Source: Octopus vulgaris (lineage: Eukaryota). From it: a stretch of 64,000 nt of DNA. Below are positions 1 through 13,644 of this stretch, piece by piece (position 1 is the stretch's first letter; each line of letters starts with the position of its first letter). The position numbers and the translations under genes were made by a program. The notes under the pieces are model-generated. The model was given only the letters and a program-made list of their open reading frames with translations. It made no database searches and had not been told where the DNA came from. The stretch covers positions 186,001-250,000 of the forward strand of contig OX597823.1 of the NCBI GenBank assembly GCA_951406725.2. Reading direction: 5' to 3'.

Positions 1-150
1 AGTGGTTGGCGTTAGGAAGGGCATCCAGCTGTAGAAACATTGCCAGATCAGACTGGAACCTGGTGCAGCCATCTGGATCGCCAGACCTCAGTCAAACCGT
101 CCAACCTATACCACCATGGAAAATGGACGTTAAATGATGGTGATGATGAT
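1..150 (+). mobile_element. RTE-LINE 3' UTR fragment with (GAT)n tail
   Basis: Same sequence follows the RTE ORF2 end at 32060-32495; ends ggacgttaaatgatg. Confidence 0.8.
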
Positions 151-440
151 ACACACACACACAATCAAACATTCGCATACATATTCATATACACCTATGC
201 ATGTTTGAGTGTATCAATGTGTGTGCACACAAATGCTTGTTTACATCTTATAGATCAACAAAATCAGTAAAATATGTTTTCTTTTACTTTGAAAAGGAAA
301 TAAGGGTTTGCAATAGAAAAGGCAGGTAAGGAAAAGGAAGAAAATGAAAGTGTATGCATAATCATTCACATAACATTTATATAAACATTATACGAACGAT
401 AATATTTTGAAAATGAAAGTGTTTAATATTTAATTTCATA

Positions 441-541
441 TCATCATCATCGTTTAATGTCCGTTTTCCGTTTTAGCACGGGTTGGACGGTTCAACCAGG
501 GTCTGGGAAACCAGGAGGCTGCACCAGGCTCCAGTCTGATC
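441..541 (-). mobile_element. RTE-LINE 3' tail fragment, inverted relative to 1-150
   Basis: catcatcatcgtttaatgtccgttttcc...ccagtctgatc; abuts (TA)n. Confidence 0.8.
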
Positions 542-858
542 ATATATATATATATATATATATAATTGTACATATGTGTGTGCTAGAAAGAGAGAGTGAG
601 GGAGAGGAATTGATAAAGTAAATACATTTTAAGCTTAAAAATTTGGGGTTTATTTCAATTAAAAGTGTGTTTGGAGCCAGGCCTTTAAATGCAGTTGCCT
701 GTCACTGCCATTCTCTCTGTTGTTTTATTCTTCCCTGCAAGCGTCACCGACAGGAGACTCTTTGCCTTCTATTATAAGTAAGATATCTACACATGTGAAT
801 GAATAGAGCTATAAAAGTTAATGAAAGCGTAAATTTAATAAGGATCAAATGAGCTCAC

Positions 859-942
859 CTGCCAAAAGTCAGCACATGTGTTAGGTAATGGACCTTGAGC
901 GGCAATATATCGATTGATGATGCCAGATCCGGGAATTTCCAT
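859..942 (-). CDS. PTPN4: PTPN4-like exon ([28 protein letters not shown]); the gene continues beyond position 1
   Basis: 84 nt, cttcag acceptor, CAG|gtgagc donor, phase 0/0. YIAxQGP and DFW motifs. Confidence 0.96.
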
Positions 943-2311
943 CTGAAGGAAAGAAGATGAATGTAGAGTTGCAATAGTTTTTAACATAGAAAATCATTTA
1001 AATATTGCGTGTGATCTCTATAAGACTTGTATCAGCTGAATCTACAAGATGATGAGCTTTTGGTTGAAGAGGTATGAATTAGTATTCTGTTATTGGCACA
1101 GAGCACTGCCTTGGCTCGAGCACTAACATGTTCACTAGTTTGGGAGTCTACAATGTAAAGATTGGGTCCCCTTACATCACAAAGGGATAGTGGGTTACTA
1201 ACATTTCAAACTAGATGCATATAACCCTAATAATGCCCTACAGAAAGCTATGAACACATACATTTTCAATTTATCTTTACTAAAAACTACACTTCATGTC
1301 TTCTATTTTATCTTTCAAAACACGAACAGCATTTCAATGAGATTCTTCTGTAGTGTTCTTCCGTTAAAACTCATTTCATTGCTACGATAAGTCAGTCTAA
1401 GTTTATAAATGAGTTGTTATGGCACTTCTAAATTATCTCAAGTCGGTTGCTGTTACATTGCAAAAGATTTTAGAAGACTGTTTTGTTCGGATGTTGAGGT
1501 TTTACTGAATACAACAAATTACCAGCTGTAGCTATAACCACCGAACGTTGTGGTCATAGTAACCCAGGTTTGAAACCTAATCATAACAGAACACAAGCCA
1601 ATGTGGACGTCTCTATGCAGTAAGAAATATCAGTCATATTTTCTGTAAATCACACCCTAATGTCTTAACAAAATGAAGGAGACATCGCATATGGTGTCCT
1701 GGATGTGTTGATAAAATAGCTGTGGGATGGTCACAGCTACAACATCTTTGATCACAAGTTTGTTGGGCAGAGCTGGATTAAACAACAACTAGTCATCAGT
1801 TATTTCAAAAGTGTCAGCAACAGAAAAGAAAGGTACTGTTGTGTTTTGAACAGACACCATGTTAATTATCATTGGAATAGATGACAAGGAAGGTCAACTT
1901 CACCGTACTCAACACTAAATGCTAATTGATATATTTAAATGTTAATGTTCAGTTTTGTGATTGACAGTGTCAAGATTAAATATCCCTCTCTATTGTATTG
2001 ATACTTTACCATCTAAATTCATTTTGCTCAAGACATCAGACTTCTACAAGAAATGTGAAGATTACATATGAAACCCATTCAAAAGGGAATTACAGTAATA
2101 AATCAGCAACTGTTTTAAATAATTTATAAAAACCCAAAATTGAAACTTTTCAACAAATGCAATTAGCACTTTCTGCTTTTGATCCAGCAGACAGTGTTAA
2201 CCTAAGCAATAGACAGGAAACAGGAGTTCAGACTCTGTAAAGAATCAGCTAACTCCTTGATTAGATGAAGTTTTTTTTTTAACAAACAGAAAATGAAAAA
2301 AAAAATCTTAC

Positions 2312-2379
2312 ATTTACAAAGTTGGCATTTATATAGTCCCCATTTTGACTACCTTTTAATATCACTCGGGTCTGGTCAT
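2312..2379 (-). CDS. PTPN4: PTPN4-like exon (YDQTRVILKGSQNGDYINANFVN)
   Basis: 68 nt, ttctag acceptor, AAT|gtaaga donor, phase 1/0. DxxRVxL and DYINA PTP motifs. Confidence 0.95.
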
Positions 2380-2873
2380 CTAGAAAATAAAAAGTTAAAA
2401 TGATTTTTAAGAAAGGAAGTCATAATACAAAATTTCAAGTATTTTCAATTCCCATGGTCTGTTAATATTTGAGTTTAATTTTTTCACAGAGAAACTCCAT
2501 CTTTACATGTTGCAACCACACGATCACATTCTTCAATAATAACAAAAGCAAAACGAATTTCTGTGTGTCACACTTTGAACTCCTCTCTCAATGACACTTC
2601 TACTATTCCTCATGTCGGGGTGAGAGTAATAGTAGGCATAAAGATGGTAATGGGATGATAGTAATAGTAATGAGCTGTAGCTGTGGTAGAGGTGGAGGCG
2701 ACGGTAATGATGGTGGTATGGTAGCCGAGGTGGTCAGGGATGATGGTGACAGTAAGTGATGTGAAAGGCAGAGGTGATGGTGGTGAAGTCAAAGATATTG
2801 ATGGTGGCGGCATCAGAAGTCTGAAAGGTGTGTGTATGGCAATTGTGGTGGTGATGGTGGTTTAAAACAATCA

Positions 2874-2906
<33 letters not shown>

Positions 2907-5124
2907 AAAACAAACAAGGAACTGCTTTCAAAATATATCGTACAGAATACATTAAGTGTCATTGTAGGGCCCAGTGCCCAATGAAGAGCCTGCCACAGGA
3001 GCGAGCTAAAAAGCCACCCTATTGGGCAGCTTTTGAGATAGTAATAGAAATAAAACGAACAAGGAACTGCTTTCAAAATATATCGTACAGAATACATTAA
3101 GTGTCATTGTAGGGCCCAGTGCCCAATGAAGAGCCTGCCACAGGAGCGAGCTAAAAAGCCACCCTATTGGGCAGCTTTTGAGATAGTAATAGAAATAAAA
3201 CGAACAAGGAACTGCTTTCAAAATATATCGTACAGAATACATTAAGTGTCATTGTAGGGCCCAGTGCCCAATGAAGAGCCTGCCACAGGAGCGAGCTAAA
3301 AAGCCACCCTATTGGGCAGCTTTTGAGATAGTAATAGAAATAAAACGAACAAGGAACTGCTTTCAAAATATATCGTACAGAATACATTAAGTGTCATTGT
3401 AGGGCCCAGTGCCCAATGAAGAGCCTGCCACAGGAGCGAGCTAAAAAGCCACCCTATTGGGCAGCTTTTGAGATAGTAATAGAAATAAAACGAACAAGGA
3501 ACTGCTTTCAAAATATATCGTACAGAATACATTAAGTGTCATTGTAGGGCCCAGTGCCCAATGAAGAGCCTGCCACAGGAGCGAGCTAAAAAGCCACCCT
3601 ATTGGGCAGCTTTTGAGATAGTAATAGAAATAAAACGAACAAGGAACTGCTTTCAAAATATATCGTACAGAATACATTAAGTGTCATTGTAGGGCCCAGT
3701 GCCCAATGAAGAGCCTGCCACAGGAGCGAGCTAAAAAGCCACCCTATTGGGCAGCTTTTGAGATAGTAATAGAAATAAAACAAACAAGGAACTGCTTTCA
3801 AAATATATCGTACAGAATACATTAAGTGTCATTGTAGGGCCCAGTGCCCAATGAAGAGCCTGCCACAGGAGCGAGCTAAAAAGCCACCCTATTGGGCAGC
3901 TTTTGAGATAGTAATAGAAATAAAACGAACAAGGAACTGCTTTCAAAATATATTGTACAGAATACATTAAGTGTCATTGTAGGGCCCAGTGCCCAATGAA
4001 GAGCCTGCCACAGGAGCGAGCTAAAAAGCCACCCTATTGGGCAGCTTTTGAGATAGTAATAGAAATAAAACGAACAAGGAACTGCTTTCAAAATATATCG
4101 TACAGAATACATGAAGTGTCATTGTAGGGCCCAGTGCCCAATGAAGAGCCTGCCACAGGAGCGAGCTAAAAAGCCACCCTATTGGGCAGCTTTTGAGATA
4201 GTAATAGAAATAAAACGAACAAGGAACTGCTTTCAAAATATATCGTACAGAATACATTAAGTGTCATTGTAGGGCCCAGTGCCCAATGAAGAGCCTGCCA
4301 CAGGAGCGAGCTAAAAAGCCACCCTATTGGGCAGCTTTTGAGATAGTAATAGAAATAAAACGAACAAGGAACTGCTTTCAAAATATATCGTACAGAATAC
4401 ATTAAGTGTCATTGTAGGGCCCAGTGCCCAATGAAGAGCCTGCCACAGGAGCGAGCTAAAAAGCCACCCTATTGGGCAGCTTTTGAGATAGTAATAGAAA
4501 TAAAACGAACAAGGAACTGCTTTCAAAATATATCGTACAGAATACATTAAGTGTCATTGTAGGGCCCAGTGCCCAATGAAGAGCCTGCCACAGGAGCGAG
4601 CTAAAAAGCCACCCTATTGGGCAGCTTTTGAGATAGTAATAGAAATAAAACGAACAAGGAACTGCTTTCAAAATATATTGTACAGAATACATTAAGTGTC
4701 ATTGTAGGGCCCAGTGCCCAATGAAGAGCCTGCCACAGGAGCGAGCTAAAAAGCCACCCTATTGGGCAGCTTTTGAGATAGTAATAGAAATAAAACGAAC
4801 AAGGAACTGCTTTCAAAATATATCGTACAGAATACATTAAGTGTCATTGTAGGGCCCAGTGCCCAATGAAGAGCCTGCCACAGGAGCGAGCTAAAAAGCC
4901 ACCCTATTGGGCAGCTTTTGAGATAGTAATAGAAATAAAACGAACAAGGAACTGCTTTCAAAATATATCGTACAGAATACATTAAGTGTCATTGTAGGGC
5001 CCAGTGCCCAATGAAGAGCCTGCCACAGGAGCGAGCTAAAAAGCCACCCTATTGGGCAGCTTTTGAGATAGTAATAGAAATAAAACGAACAAGGAACTGC
5101 TTTCAAAATATATCGGTACAGAAT
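2907..5124. repeat. Intronic tandem array, about 15.2 copies of a 145-bp unit
   Basis: Exact 145-nt periodicity, also visible as repeated 78-aa ORFs offset by 145. Only a handful of substitutions between units. Confidence 0.99.
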
Positions 5125-6072
5125 GATGACATTGATTTTACTTGTTTTCCAAGATGCACAAAACTTCAAAATCTAAAACTCTTCAAGTGTGTTTGTCATG
5201 TTTTCCTTCAAAAATCTGCAGCATGAAACTGTAATCCCATTTTTCTCTAAATTTTTATCTCATGAACAATGTAAAGCATCAAAGAAACTCTTTTGTAAAT
5301 TTCTCATGTAGCTCTTCATCATGATGCTTGTAATTTTTTCCCCAAGATGGCACAGGATGATAGCCAAATATATTCACCACAGACAGATCTCTGCTATCTC
5401 AGCTGTGGGAACAACAAATTCAAACTAAATGTCACTAATACAGCCAGAACAAATTACCAATAGCAGAAAAGCTTGTATAACTGCTGAGGTTCAAGCATTT
5501 ACTCCACGTCAAATTTGAAAATGGTGAGGCACTAATTAACACTGCACGACCACTGTTTTGGCATGGGTTCTACAACTGGATGCCCTTCCTTAATTTACAG
5601 AGTGTACTAGGTGCTTTTTACATGGTACTAGCAATCCTCTTTGCAATATTCTTTCTACTTCTCAAAAAAAAAAAGAGAAAGAAAGAAAGAAAGAAGAGAA
5701 AATGTATCAATAGATACATACAAGTATGTGTATATATGTTGGTATTACAACACACACATACAAATACTCAACAGACCACATATTGCCAGTCACATTTTTA
5801 AAATTCTTTTGTCGATATTAGCTTTGGTTGGATGGTTGGGTCATTTCTGGTATTTAATCAATTATTAGAGCAGAAACTGTTTTTGTTTCCAAGTCTAATA
5901 TGAAAGCAGTAAAGCATCTCTCAGATCAACAGACCAAAACAATCAGAGATAATTTGTCATGACTAAAATTACAAGCCTTCATATGCCACTACTATCTGTT
6001 TAGTACACACTGAAAATATCTAATTTCACTTAACATTACTAGATAATTCTCGTTGAAATACATATAAAGGCA

Positions 6073-7426
6073 GGGTTCTAGGAAAGTTCACCACAAACAT
6101 TTTTGAAGCAGGAAAATTTGCCTTGGAATTTTGGCTGTAGAAAAGTTTGTCGCAAAAAAGAAATGAGTTGTCCCCCTTGGTGTATAATTGTTTCAACCAA
6201 TAAGAAGTGGGTAAAGCAATTGGATCTTGTTAATCAGAAAATCAGCCCCCTTTAAATTTGCTTGGATTGTTTTCAATTTTGGTGTATCGTAAATTAAAGA
6301 ATTTGATGTTATTTGGAATTAAATTTGGGAAATTTTAGCCAATTAACAGACGGTGAGGCATTAACAGCTTGTTACCATGACAACCGCACGTTTTGTTGAT
6401 TCTTCACACCATGACATTCAATTTACCTGTGTTTTGTTTTAATAAAAATTTATAGTTATCAATTAGAATTTTATTGTAGACTTTTGCGTCGGATGTCTTA
6501 ATATTTTACATATTTTCCATATATTTCGTGAAGTGTTTCTCTCTTTACTTTTTCCGTGTTTTTCTGTTTTTTATCCACATTCAATCCATTTAATTGTATC
6601 ACTCTGAAGGAAATTTTGAAAACAGAGGTGGATGCAGTAAATTATTTGAAAGAAAAGGGTGTTAGCCCTAAAAAACGAAAAAAGAAAGAAGTGCAGTAAA
6701 TCTAGGTCCAACATGAGTAAGAAAGTGATTCATGGGAATTTGCACTGGCGGTACACTAGCAATGGTTGCAACGAGTGCCTTTCAGAATGAGCCCCAGGTC
6801 AGGCCAGAATGAGCCATTCTGTATTTTTATTGAAGATGTAGGACAACATTATTTAATGTGTCCTTCATTTTTAGAATATTAGAGCATAGTGTGAGGGAAA
6901 TTTGGCTGTTATTTCTAGCAAATTGAACAACCACACAGAGATTACTTCATCGGTTCATTTGCTGATGTGTATAAGTAAACAAAAACTAAGGGAAATGGAT
7001 CTTCATTTGTTTCTAGGATGATCATTCCAGTTGTATGATCAACTGAACTGGTTACACACATCAACCTTCAAAGGATGAAAGGCAAAGTCCACCTAGGCGC
7101 AATCTGAACATTTCCAATATGTTTTTTTCACTTTATTTCCCATCTATCTTATAAACAAGGTTAAGATCATCAACTAATTTCACAGCACCTCTGCTAGTTC
7201 CCACTTGGCAGACACCATTGCAATGGGTTGACCACACAAAGAATATTGTCAAATGAATAAAGAAATTGCTTTACTCCTTCTTATTGCTTGAAATAATAAT
7301 GTACCGGCATGGGGGTGGGGGGATGGAGCCCTCTTTTGTTTTGCAGTAAAATTTCCTATGCAGCGAACTTTTCTACAGCTAAAAACCCTGAGGTGAATTT
7401 TTCTGCAGCGAACTTTCTGGATACAG
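6073..7426. mobile_element. MULE-like non-autonomous DNA element
   Basis: Roughly 100-bp degenerate inverted ends (gctgtagaaaagtttgtcgca / tgcagcgaacttttctacagc). Direct repeat taaaggca at 6065-6072 and 7427-7434. Confidence 0.55.
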
Positions 7427-8053
7427 TAAAGGCACTTATGGTAGCTTTAAGATTAAAAAAGGATTGAGCTATTGACAAAATAGTCATGAGTTCAAACTTT
7501 GTTGCAGCCACTGGCAAAGTATATTACTCACTGTACCAATATTTTCAGGTTAAGCAATGGCTTTGTGTGCATTTACCATTTCAATAATGTCAGAGAGATT
7601 GCAATTCTAGACTTGGAGCTATTCCTGTCTATTTTTAATAAGTTCATTTCTACGTTTTGCAGTTATTAGTAAAATGAGTGTCAGTGTAACAGCAAGGGAT
7701 TGAAACTCATTTGAATCTAAAGGCAATGTTAGTAGTACTTATGTGAGACAAGGAAGCCTCTATTTATGACTAGAAATAGCAGCAGAAACTCTTCCTCAAA
7801 CCAAACCCCACCATCTTAAACAAGTAAGGACACGTTGAATAATGGTAGTCCTAGATAGCTCTAAAGACTGGATGCTCATAACTAAAATGTCTTTGGTGAT
7901 GTGTTTCTTCAAATAGTTTCATCTGGGGTTAAACAAGAACAAACATTTAACCTTGGAAGACTGAAAAAACCAAACCTCTCTCTGTCTGGATACTGTTTTA
8001 AGGTATTTTCCATAAAAACAAGTGAGTAAACAATATATTAGAACAACACTTAC

Positions 8054-8144
8054 AGGGTGACACATCTCTGTATCTGTTCTTTGAGATGTTGGCGGGTAAC
8101 CTTGCTGCATTCATTGTCAGGCCATGCTTTTTTCTATAAAGTTG
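8054..8144 (-). CDS. PTPN4: PTPN4-like exon, PTP motif 1 (QLYRKKHGLTMNAARLPANISKNRYRDVSP)
   Basis: 91 nt, caacag acceptor, T|gtaagt donor, phase 0/1. Contains the KNRY pTyr-recognition loop. Confidence 0.96.
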
Positions 8145-8982
8145 CTGTTGAATAGAAGAAAAAGAAAAAGAAAAAAAAAGATACATAGTTGAGAACATAT
8201 TGAAGCTGAGAGCAGAAATTACATGAAAGACTGATGACAGTAAAGATATACAGATGTTGATCTTGGGTCACTTCTTGTGGCATGAAATGAGTTTTGTTTT
8301 TTTGTTTATAACAAGTCCTGCTGACACCTATTCTCCTGTAAATACCAAATAGGGCTCAATAATGAGAAGCTGATATTAAGATACTATTCAATATGAATTA
8401 TTACATGTGAATATTTATGGATACACAGGAGGGAGCAACTGGTTCAGTGACAAGGGTGTTGGTCTATTAATCAATTTTCTAGAGTTTTCTTTGCATTCTT
8501 AGCAGAGACACAATTCACTCAACCAAAATGAAGGTAGCTCTGTAAGCAATGGAAGAACTGTATTTGATGATTGAATGTCCCAGCTTCCAATACTAAATTC
8601 AAATATTCTCGTAGTTACAAATGCCGTGATTGTTATTTGGCACCAGGCCAGCTTTGAACCAGCAAATACATAATCAAAGGTATTCCAGCTATAATCGTCT
8701 TGTAAAGTGTTCAGGCATAAATTATCTAGAAATATACCATCCAACTTGTTTTTACTTTTTAAGATGGTATGGTGTGGTTTGAGGAAAAATTGGCTGCTAT
8801 TTCTAATAGAGTGAGATATTGCATGGAAGCTCCCTCATTAGCTGTTTCACTGGCTTGGAGAAGCAATAACCCATTGGTATTGGATCACAATTGAAAATAT
8901 CAAGTATTTGGTTGAATGAACAGGAGTGAAAGAGTCAGCAGTTTTTGCGAGGAAAGACAAGATCAACAGAAAACGTTTAGTT

Positions 8983-9053
<71 letters not shown>

Positions 9054-9117
9054 GAGAGAGAGAGAGAGAGAGAGATTAATGTGGGACTTGTGTATATAAT
9101 AATAGCTTTTCACTTAC

Positions 9118-9275
9118 TTCAAACTGTGCCATGGCAGCCCCACTCTCCAGACTCTCCTGCAGGAGCATCATGGAGGCCTGGAGAGTGTTGGCCCCAGACA
9201 TGGTACTTGCTATTTGGTGTGTCTCAGGTATATACATCAAGTCTGGTTCTTCAGCATTATCTTCACTAACATAAA
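9118..9275 (-). CDS. PTPN4: PTPN4-like exon, PDZ-PTP linker (VYVSEDNAEEPDLMYIPE...ESGAAMAQFE)
   Basis: 158 nt, ttgcag acceptor, GAA|gtaagt donor, phase 1/0. EPDxxYIPE and SMxxLxExL motifs present. Confidence 0.94.
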
Positions 9276-10479
9276 CTGCAAAAACAAGTAACAAAATCTG
9301 TTTAATATTCAATAAAAGACAAATTAAAAATCCATTTCTTTACTTCCCCAGTTTTTCTACGGATGAATAGATGAAGCTTCCCAGACCCCTAATCTCATCT
9401 TTGAAGCATGCATTAATAATCTTTATACCTGTATCACATTAACATTGGCTTCATCTCTGAGCGTTGTAAGGGTTCTTGTTCATAGATTGCATACATGGCC
9501 TCTAGACTGCATCTATTATTTTCAAGCAAAAGTGGAAAAGTACCCGGCTGCAGAAATCAAGTGCAAATGACAAGTACAAGTAGTGGCTCACTTGGATCAT
9601 GGTGACCATCCAGTAGAATCCAGCACGGAAAGTGGCAGTAAAATGATGAGGAGGGAAACGGGAGTAATTTTCTTATCTACTGGAGCAAGGAATAAGACAT
9701 CTAATGCTGATCAAAAAGTTAAGCTTTATTGAAATGAAGAAGCTTTAGTAGTGGCTGTAGTAAGGGGATTGCCCTGGAACAGGGGACAACCCTCCAGCCC
9801 ATGGGTTTATTTTGGGTAGTTGTTTCTGATGAGGGTTTTACAAGGTCAGAGTGCAAATCTTACCTTAGCCTCTTTTAGTTGCATTTTATGACATGCAGAA
9901 GAGACTTTGGGTCTCTTCTTTGACATGCTGATCCCCATACAGCGCATTAGAGCAATGTGAAGTGAAGGGTTTTGCTTAAGAACACAACAGATCATGAGTA
10001 CAGATCACCCCAACCACTTGGCCAGGCACCTTCACATTGAAATGCAATGGAGATAGGAAATATTGTAAGTACAAAACCTAAAAATGGGATTATTCATTTT
10101 ACATCTATTTTCCTAGGCTAGCATGGGTTGGATGAATACATATTAAGGCAATTTTACAATTAGGTCTCCTTCCTGTCATTAATCCTCACCTGTTTTCCAA
10201 GTAACTCATTTTTGATTAATGCTTTTCATGTAAGGACATGGAATTTAAACACACACACACAAACACATATGTATACAATGGACTTCTATAGAGTTTTTGT
10301 TAATGAGTTTCCCTAGCAAGATATTGGTGGATCTGAGGCTACAGTAGAAGACTCCTGTCCAAGGTGCCAATGCAGTGAAAACTGAAGACCATGTGTAACA
10401 GCCAAACTTTGCATCATGGAGTCTGGTAAAATTGTAATAGGCTTTTTAATAAAGACTCATCTTTGATGTTAATTGGTTC

Positions 10480-11900
10480 TTGTATCTGAAAACTGTTACC
10501 TCCACCTGAATCCGTGGTTCCGAAACAAATGGCTGCTTAGATGACAAGGAAAAACTGGTGGAAGTTGTGCTTGTTGTTACAACTTGTGTTCTTTACATTT
10601 TCCTTCAGCTATTTTATTTCTTTTGACTTCACAATGTCAGTTCAGGTGTTGATAGAATGATGCCAATTGAAACATTTCTGGTGGGGTCAAATCTGCCATA
10701 TCTTTGACTCAGTTCCAGTTGCTTTGATGGTAAACTTTAGCTGGTCTTTGTAACAGTGGAAAGGAGGACATCCTTGTGGTCTTTTCCCAGTAGTGAATTC
10801 ACTAAAGAGGATTTGATGAGGAAATATCTTTCCCTCACTCTCACCACATGTCCTGACCATTGTAGCCAGAGCTTTAAGATGGTGGATTCAATACTTTGAT
10901 GTGCGTGATAGAAAGTAGTAGTGTTATCCTCTGCACACTGAAGCTCTAAGGGGTTGGCAAGTCACTGAAATCAAAACCTGGCTATATTCAATATTCTGCA
11001 ATAAACCAAAAAACATTGCAGAAAATCATTAAACGAAGAGCACAGGTGCAAGAATGCAATCTTGCTTCAATCCGAATGCAATTAGGAACTGTTCATAAAG
11101 TTTGTTTTGATGAAAAACACAACCTGATGTACCATTGTGCAATGTTGAAACCATCTTCATAGCATTTCTTGCATTGTCACAAGCTTTTTGACCAACTGTA
11201 GAAAATAGGGAGAAGTGTTTTCTATTTTCTCTGCCCTTTTCTTCCATGGAAAAATCATGAAATCCACATTGAACTTTGGGAAGAAATCTATAAGGTTAGG
11301 AACTAAGCTCTAGGTGAATAACTGTTTAAAACTGGTCTTTGAAGATAGCATTTTAAGCTTTGAACTGTCGTATTTTTCTTTGATATAGTAATGACTGTTG
11401 GTTCCTTGGACTGTCTTCAACAATTTATGTTTGTGATGATAAAACAATTGTTCTGGTACCAAGGACATTTTTCTTGTCTCATTCTCCAGAAGGTGTCAAT
11501 GCTAGAAAAGTGGATGCATTCTTGTGGTTTTCGTCAATTGGAACTGAGTGTTAGTGATAAAAGTGGGAGCATTTTTAAGGGAAGCCAAAGAGAAGATTCA
11601 CACCAACACTACAATCCAATACTTTCTTTACTAATGCCATCTTAAAGCTGATTATCTCCTTAGAGTAGAACTTTATTTCTTGATGATACTTTCAAAATGG
11701 TGTTAGTTGTCAGTAAAACTGGTTTTCCACACCTTTGTTAGCATGAAGAATTGGAGCATAAGCTGAAATGAGTGTAGTAGTGTTGAGGAACACAGAGAGA
11801 GTCATAAGGTATCCACTGATGTCAGTTTGAGCTAGTTGATGGAATTAAGTGACCCTACAACAAACAAAACCAACTCCTTGAATTCTATTTTCTCTTTCCT
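10480..11900 (-). pseudogene. Highly decayed RTE-clade LINE (endonuclease and RT remnants)
   Basis: Minus-strand peptide remnants TLISAYAP (APE endonuclease), KQDCILAPVLF (RT) and LQWSGHVVR (RTE C-terminus), with many stops. Confidence 0.6.
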
Positions 11901-12444
11901 CTTCCTCTTTCCAAAAGAAAATGTAACCAGAACTTGTCTCATCAATTTTCTTTTCTTCCTGGAAGCAATGTTTCACATAGGGTAATAATGTCAATGCTGA
12001 TGATGAGAAAGTTCTTTTGAAACAAGGGCTGCATGTTGTGGCCTCTCCATGTTGTTTATATTAAAAAGTATTCTTATTCAGGTTAGTAGATCAAGATTCA
12101 GTGTCCTTAGAGTTTCAACTGCCTGAAGGACAATCTGTTAAGTTTGGTTGCCCAGTCAAGAACCAAAGAAACGATTGTGATTTTTAGCCAACATTTTCTA
12201 GTCTTCCCTGTTAAGGGCATTGATATTCCAGAATAGCCCTATCCAGATACAGATGTAGAATCAGAACTTCAAAGTAACCACTAGGCCCTGAGATGGTAAC
12301 TGTCACACATCTGCTACTAATGTACAGTTCTAGAGTAGACACTTCAAGCAACAAGAAACCCATTTTCACTGTTCGTGTTCCATTACTGTTAGATTTTTCA
12401 AGTAAAATAAAGAGATAAAAATAAATATAAATATAAAATATATA

Positions 12445-12650
12445 AGTGTAGGTATGGCTGTGCAGTAAGAAACTTGCTTCCTAACCACATGGTTCTGGGT
12501 TCAGTCTCACTGTGTGGCACCTTGGGCAAGTGATTTTTGCTATTGTCTTAACAGACCAAAACCTTGTCAGTGAATTTGGCAGATGGAAATGGAAACTGAA
12601 AGAAGCCTGTTGCTTGTGTGTGTATGTATGTATGTATGTATGTATGTATG

Positions 12651-12736
<86 letters not shown>

Positions 12737-12946
12737 TGCATGCATATGTCTTTGTTTGTGTTTGTCTTCCACCATCATTTGACAATCAGTGTTGGTGTGC
12801 TTATGTCTCTGTAACTTAGCAGTTCATTGAAAAAGACTGATAAAATAAGTACCAGACTTGAAAAAAAAACAACAAAAAACAACAAAAGACTACGGTTGAG
12901 TTGTGACTGATAGCTGCAGAGTCTAATGACTGAAACAAGTAAAAGG
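12445..12946 (+). mobile_element. tRNA-headed SINE (CORE-like) with internal compound microsatellite
   Basis: Box A/B-like head (tggctgtgcagtaag...ggttcagtc), accttgggcaagt CORE-like start, internal (TATG)(TA)(GATA) run, tail ctgaaacaagtaaaag. Relatives at 26705, 29020, 50205 and 10250. Confidence 0.8.
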
Positions 12947-13557
12947 AAGATATTGATAAAAATATGAAAGCTTTTCAAGAACTGGTTAAAATGTTGAAAG
13001 AAATGTCAACTGGAAGATATTCCGATAGAAATGGATTCCTTTACAAGGTAGCTTAATTTGTCAGGGCACTGAGAGATAAGACATTAGGGTTTTAGGACCA
13101 CACCTAGTAGAAGATATGAATGAGACAAGCAGTGGAACTACAATGAATTGCTCCTGACTTGGTTGCAGCCTTGAGTAAGACCTTGTTAAGCTTAGTTCTT
13201 TTGGTGTTGCTCTCATCTGCTCGTTCAAATGAGATCAACCATTGTTATCTATAGCCACTTGCACTGGCACTGGAGTCTTGAAGGAGATCGGTCATGTTCA
13301 CTTTGGGTTCTCTTCTATAATCTTATTGTTATGGGTGACCCTAAATTCTCAAGGACATTACTCTCAGTGTTCTCAGACCATGCAAACCGTTTGCTACAGC
13401 AAGGAATTACCCTCAGAGGGTAACACAATATAACAAAAACAAATATGTAAGACAAACAGTTACATTCCATAGTCCAAGAGTAGTCTTAACACTGCTGTAA
13501 GATGATCACTATCAGACATAAGTGGCATGGAGATATTATAAAAATAACACTGAACAG

Positions 13558-13597
<40 letters not shown>

Positions 13598-13644
13598 ATG
13601 GACTGACTGGAGCATGTAAAAAAACTAATAGAAAAGGAATTTAC

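Noticed and set aside
2975-3028. Known ribozyme in the 145-bp unit (aUGAAGAG...CGA resembles a hammerhead; loose pistol and twister echoes)
   Set aside because: C3 and GAAA are missing, and the junction after the third stem is 6-7 nt rather than UH. Pistol, twister and HDV conserved elements could not be placed.
2907-5124. Repeated 78-aa ORFs, or a CRISPR-like array
   Set aside because: The ORFs are by-products of the 145-bp period. Units are identical end to end with no unique spacers, and there are no cas genes.
12451-12520. tRNA genes at SINE heads (also near 24350, 26480 and 37220)
   Set aside because: No complete cloverleaf; each head continues into a repeated SINE body.
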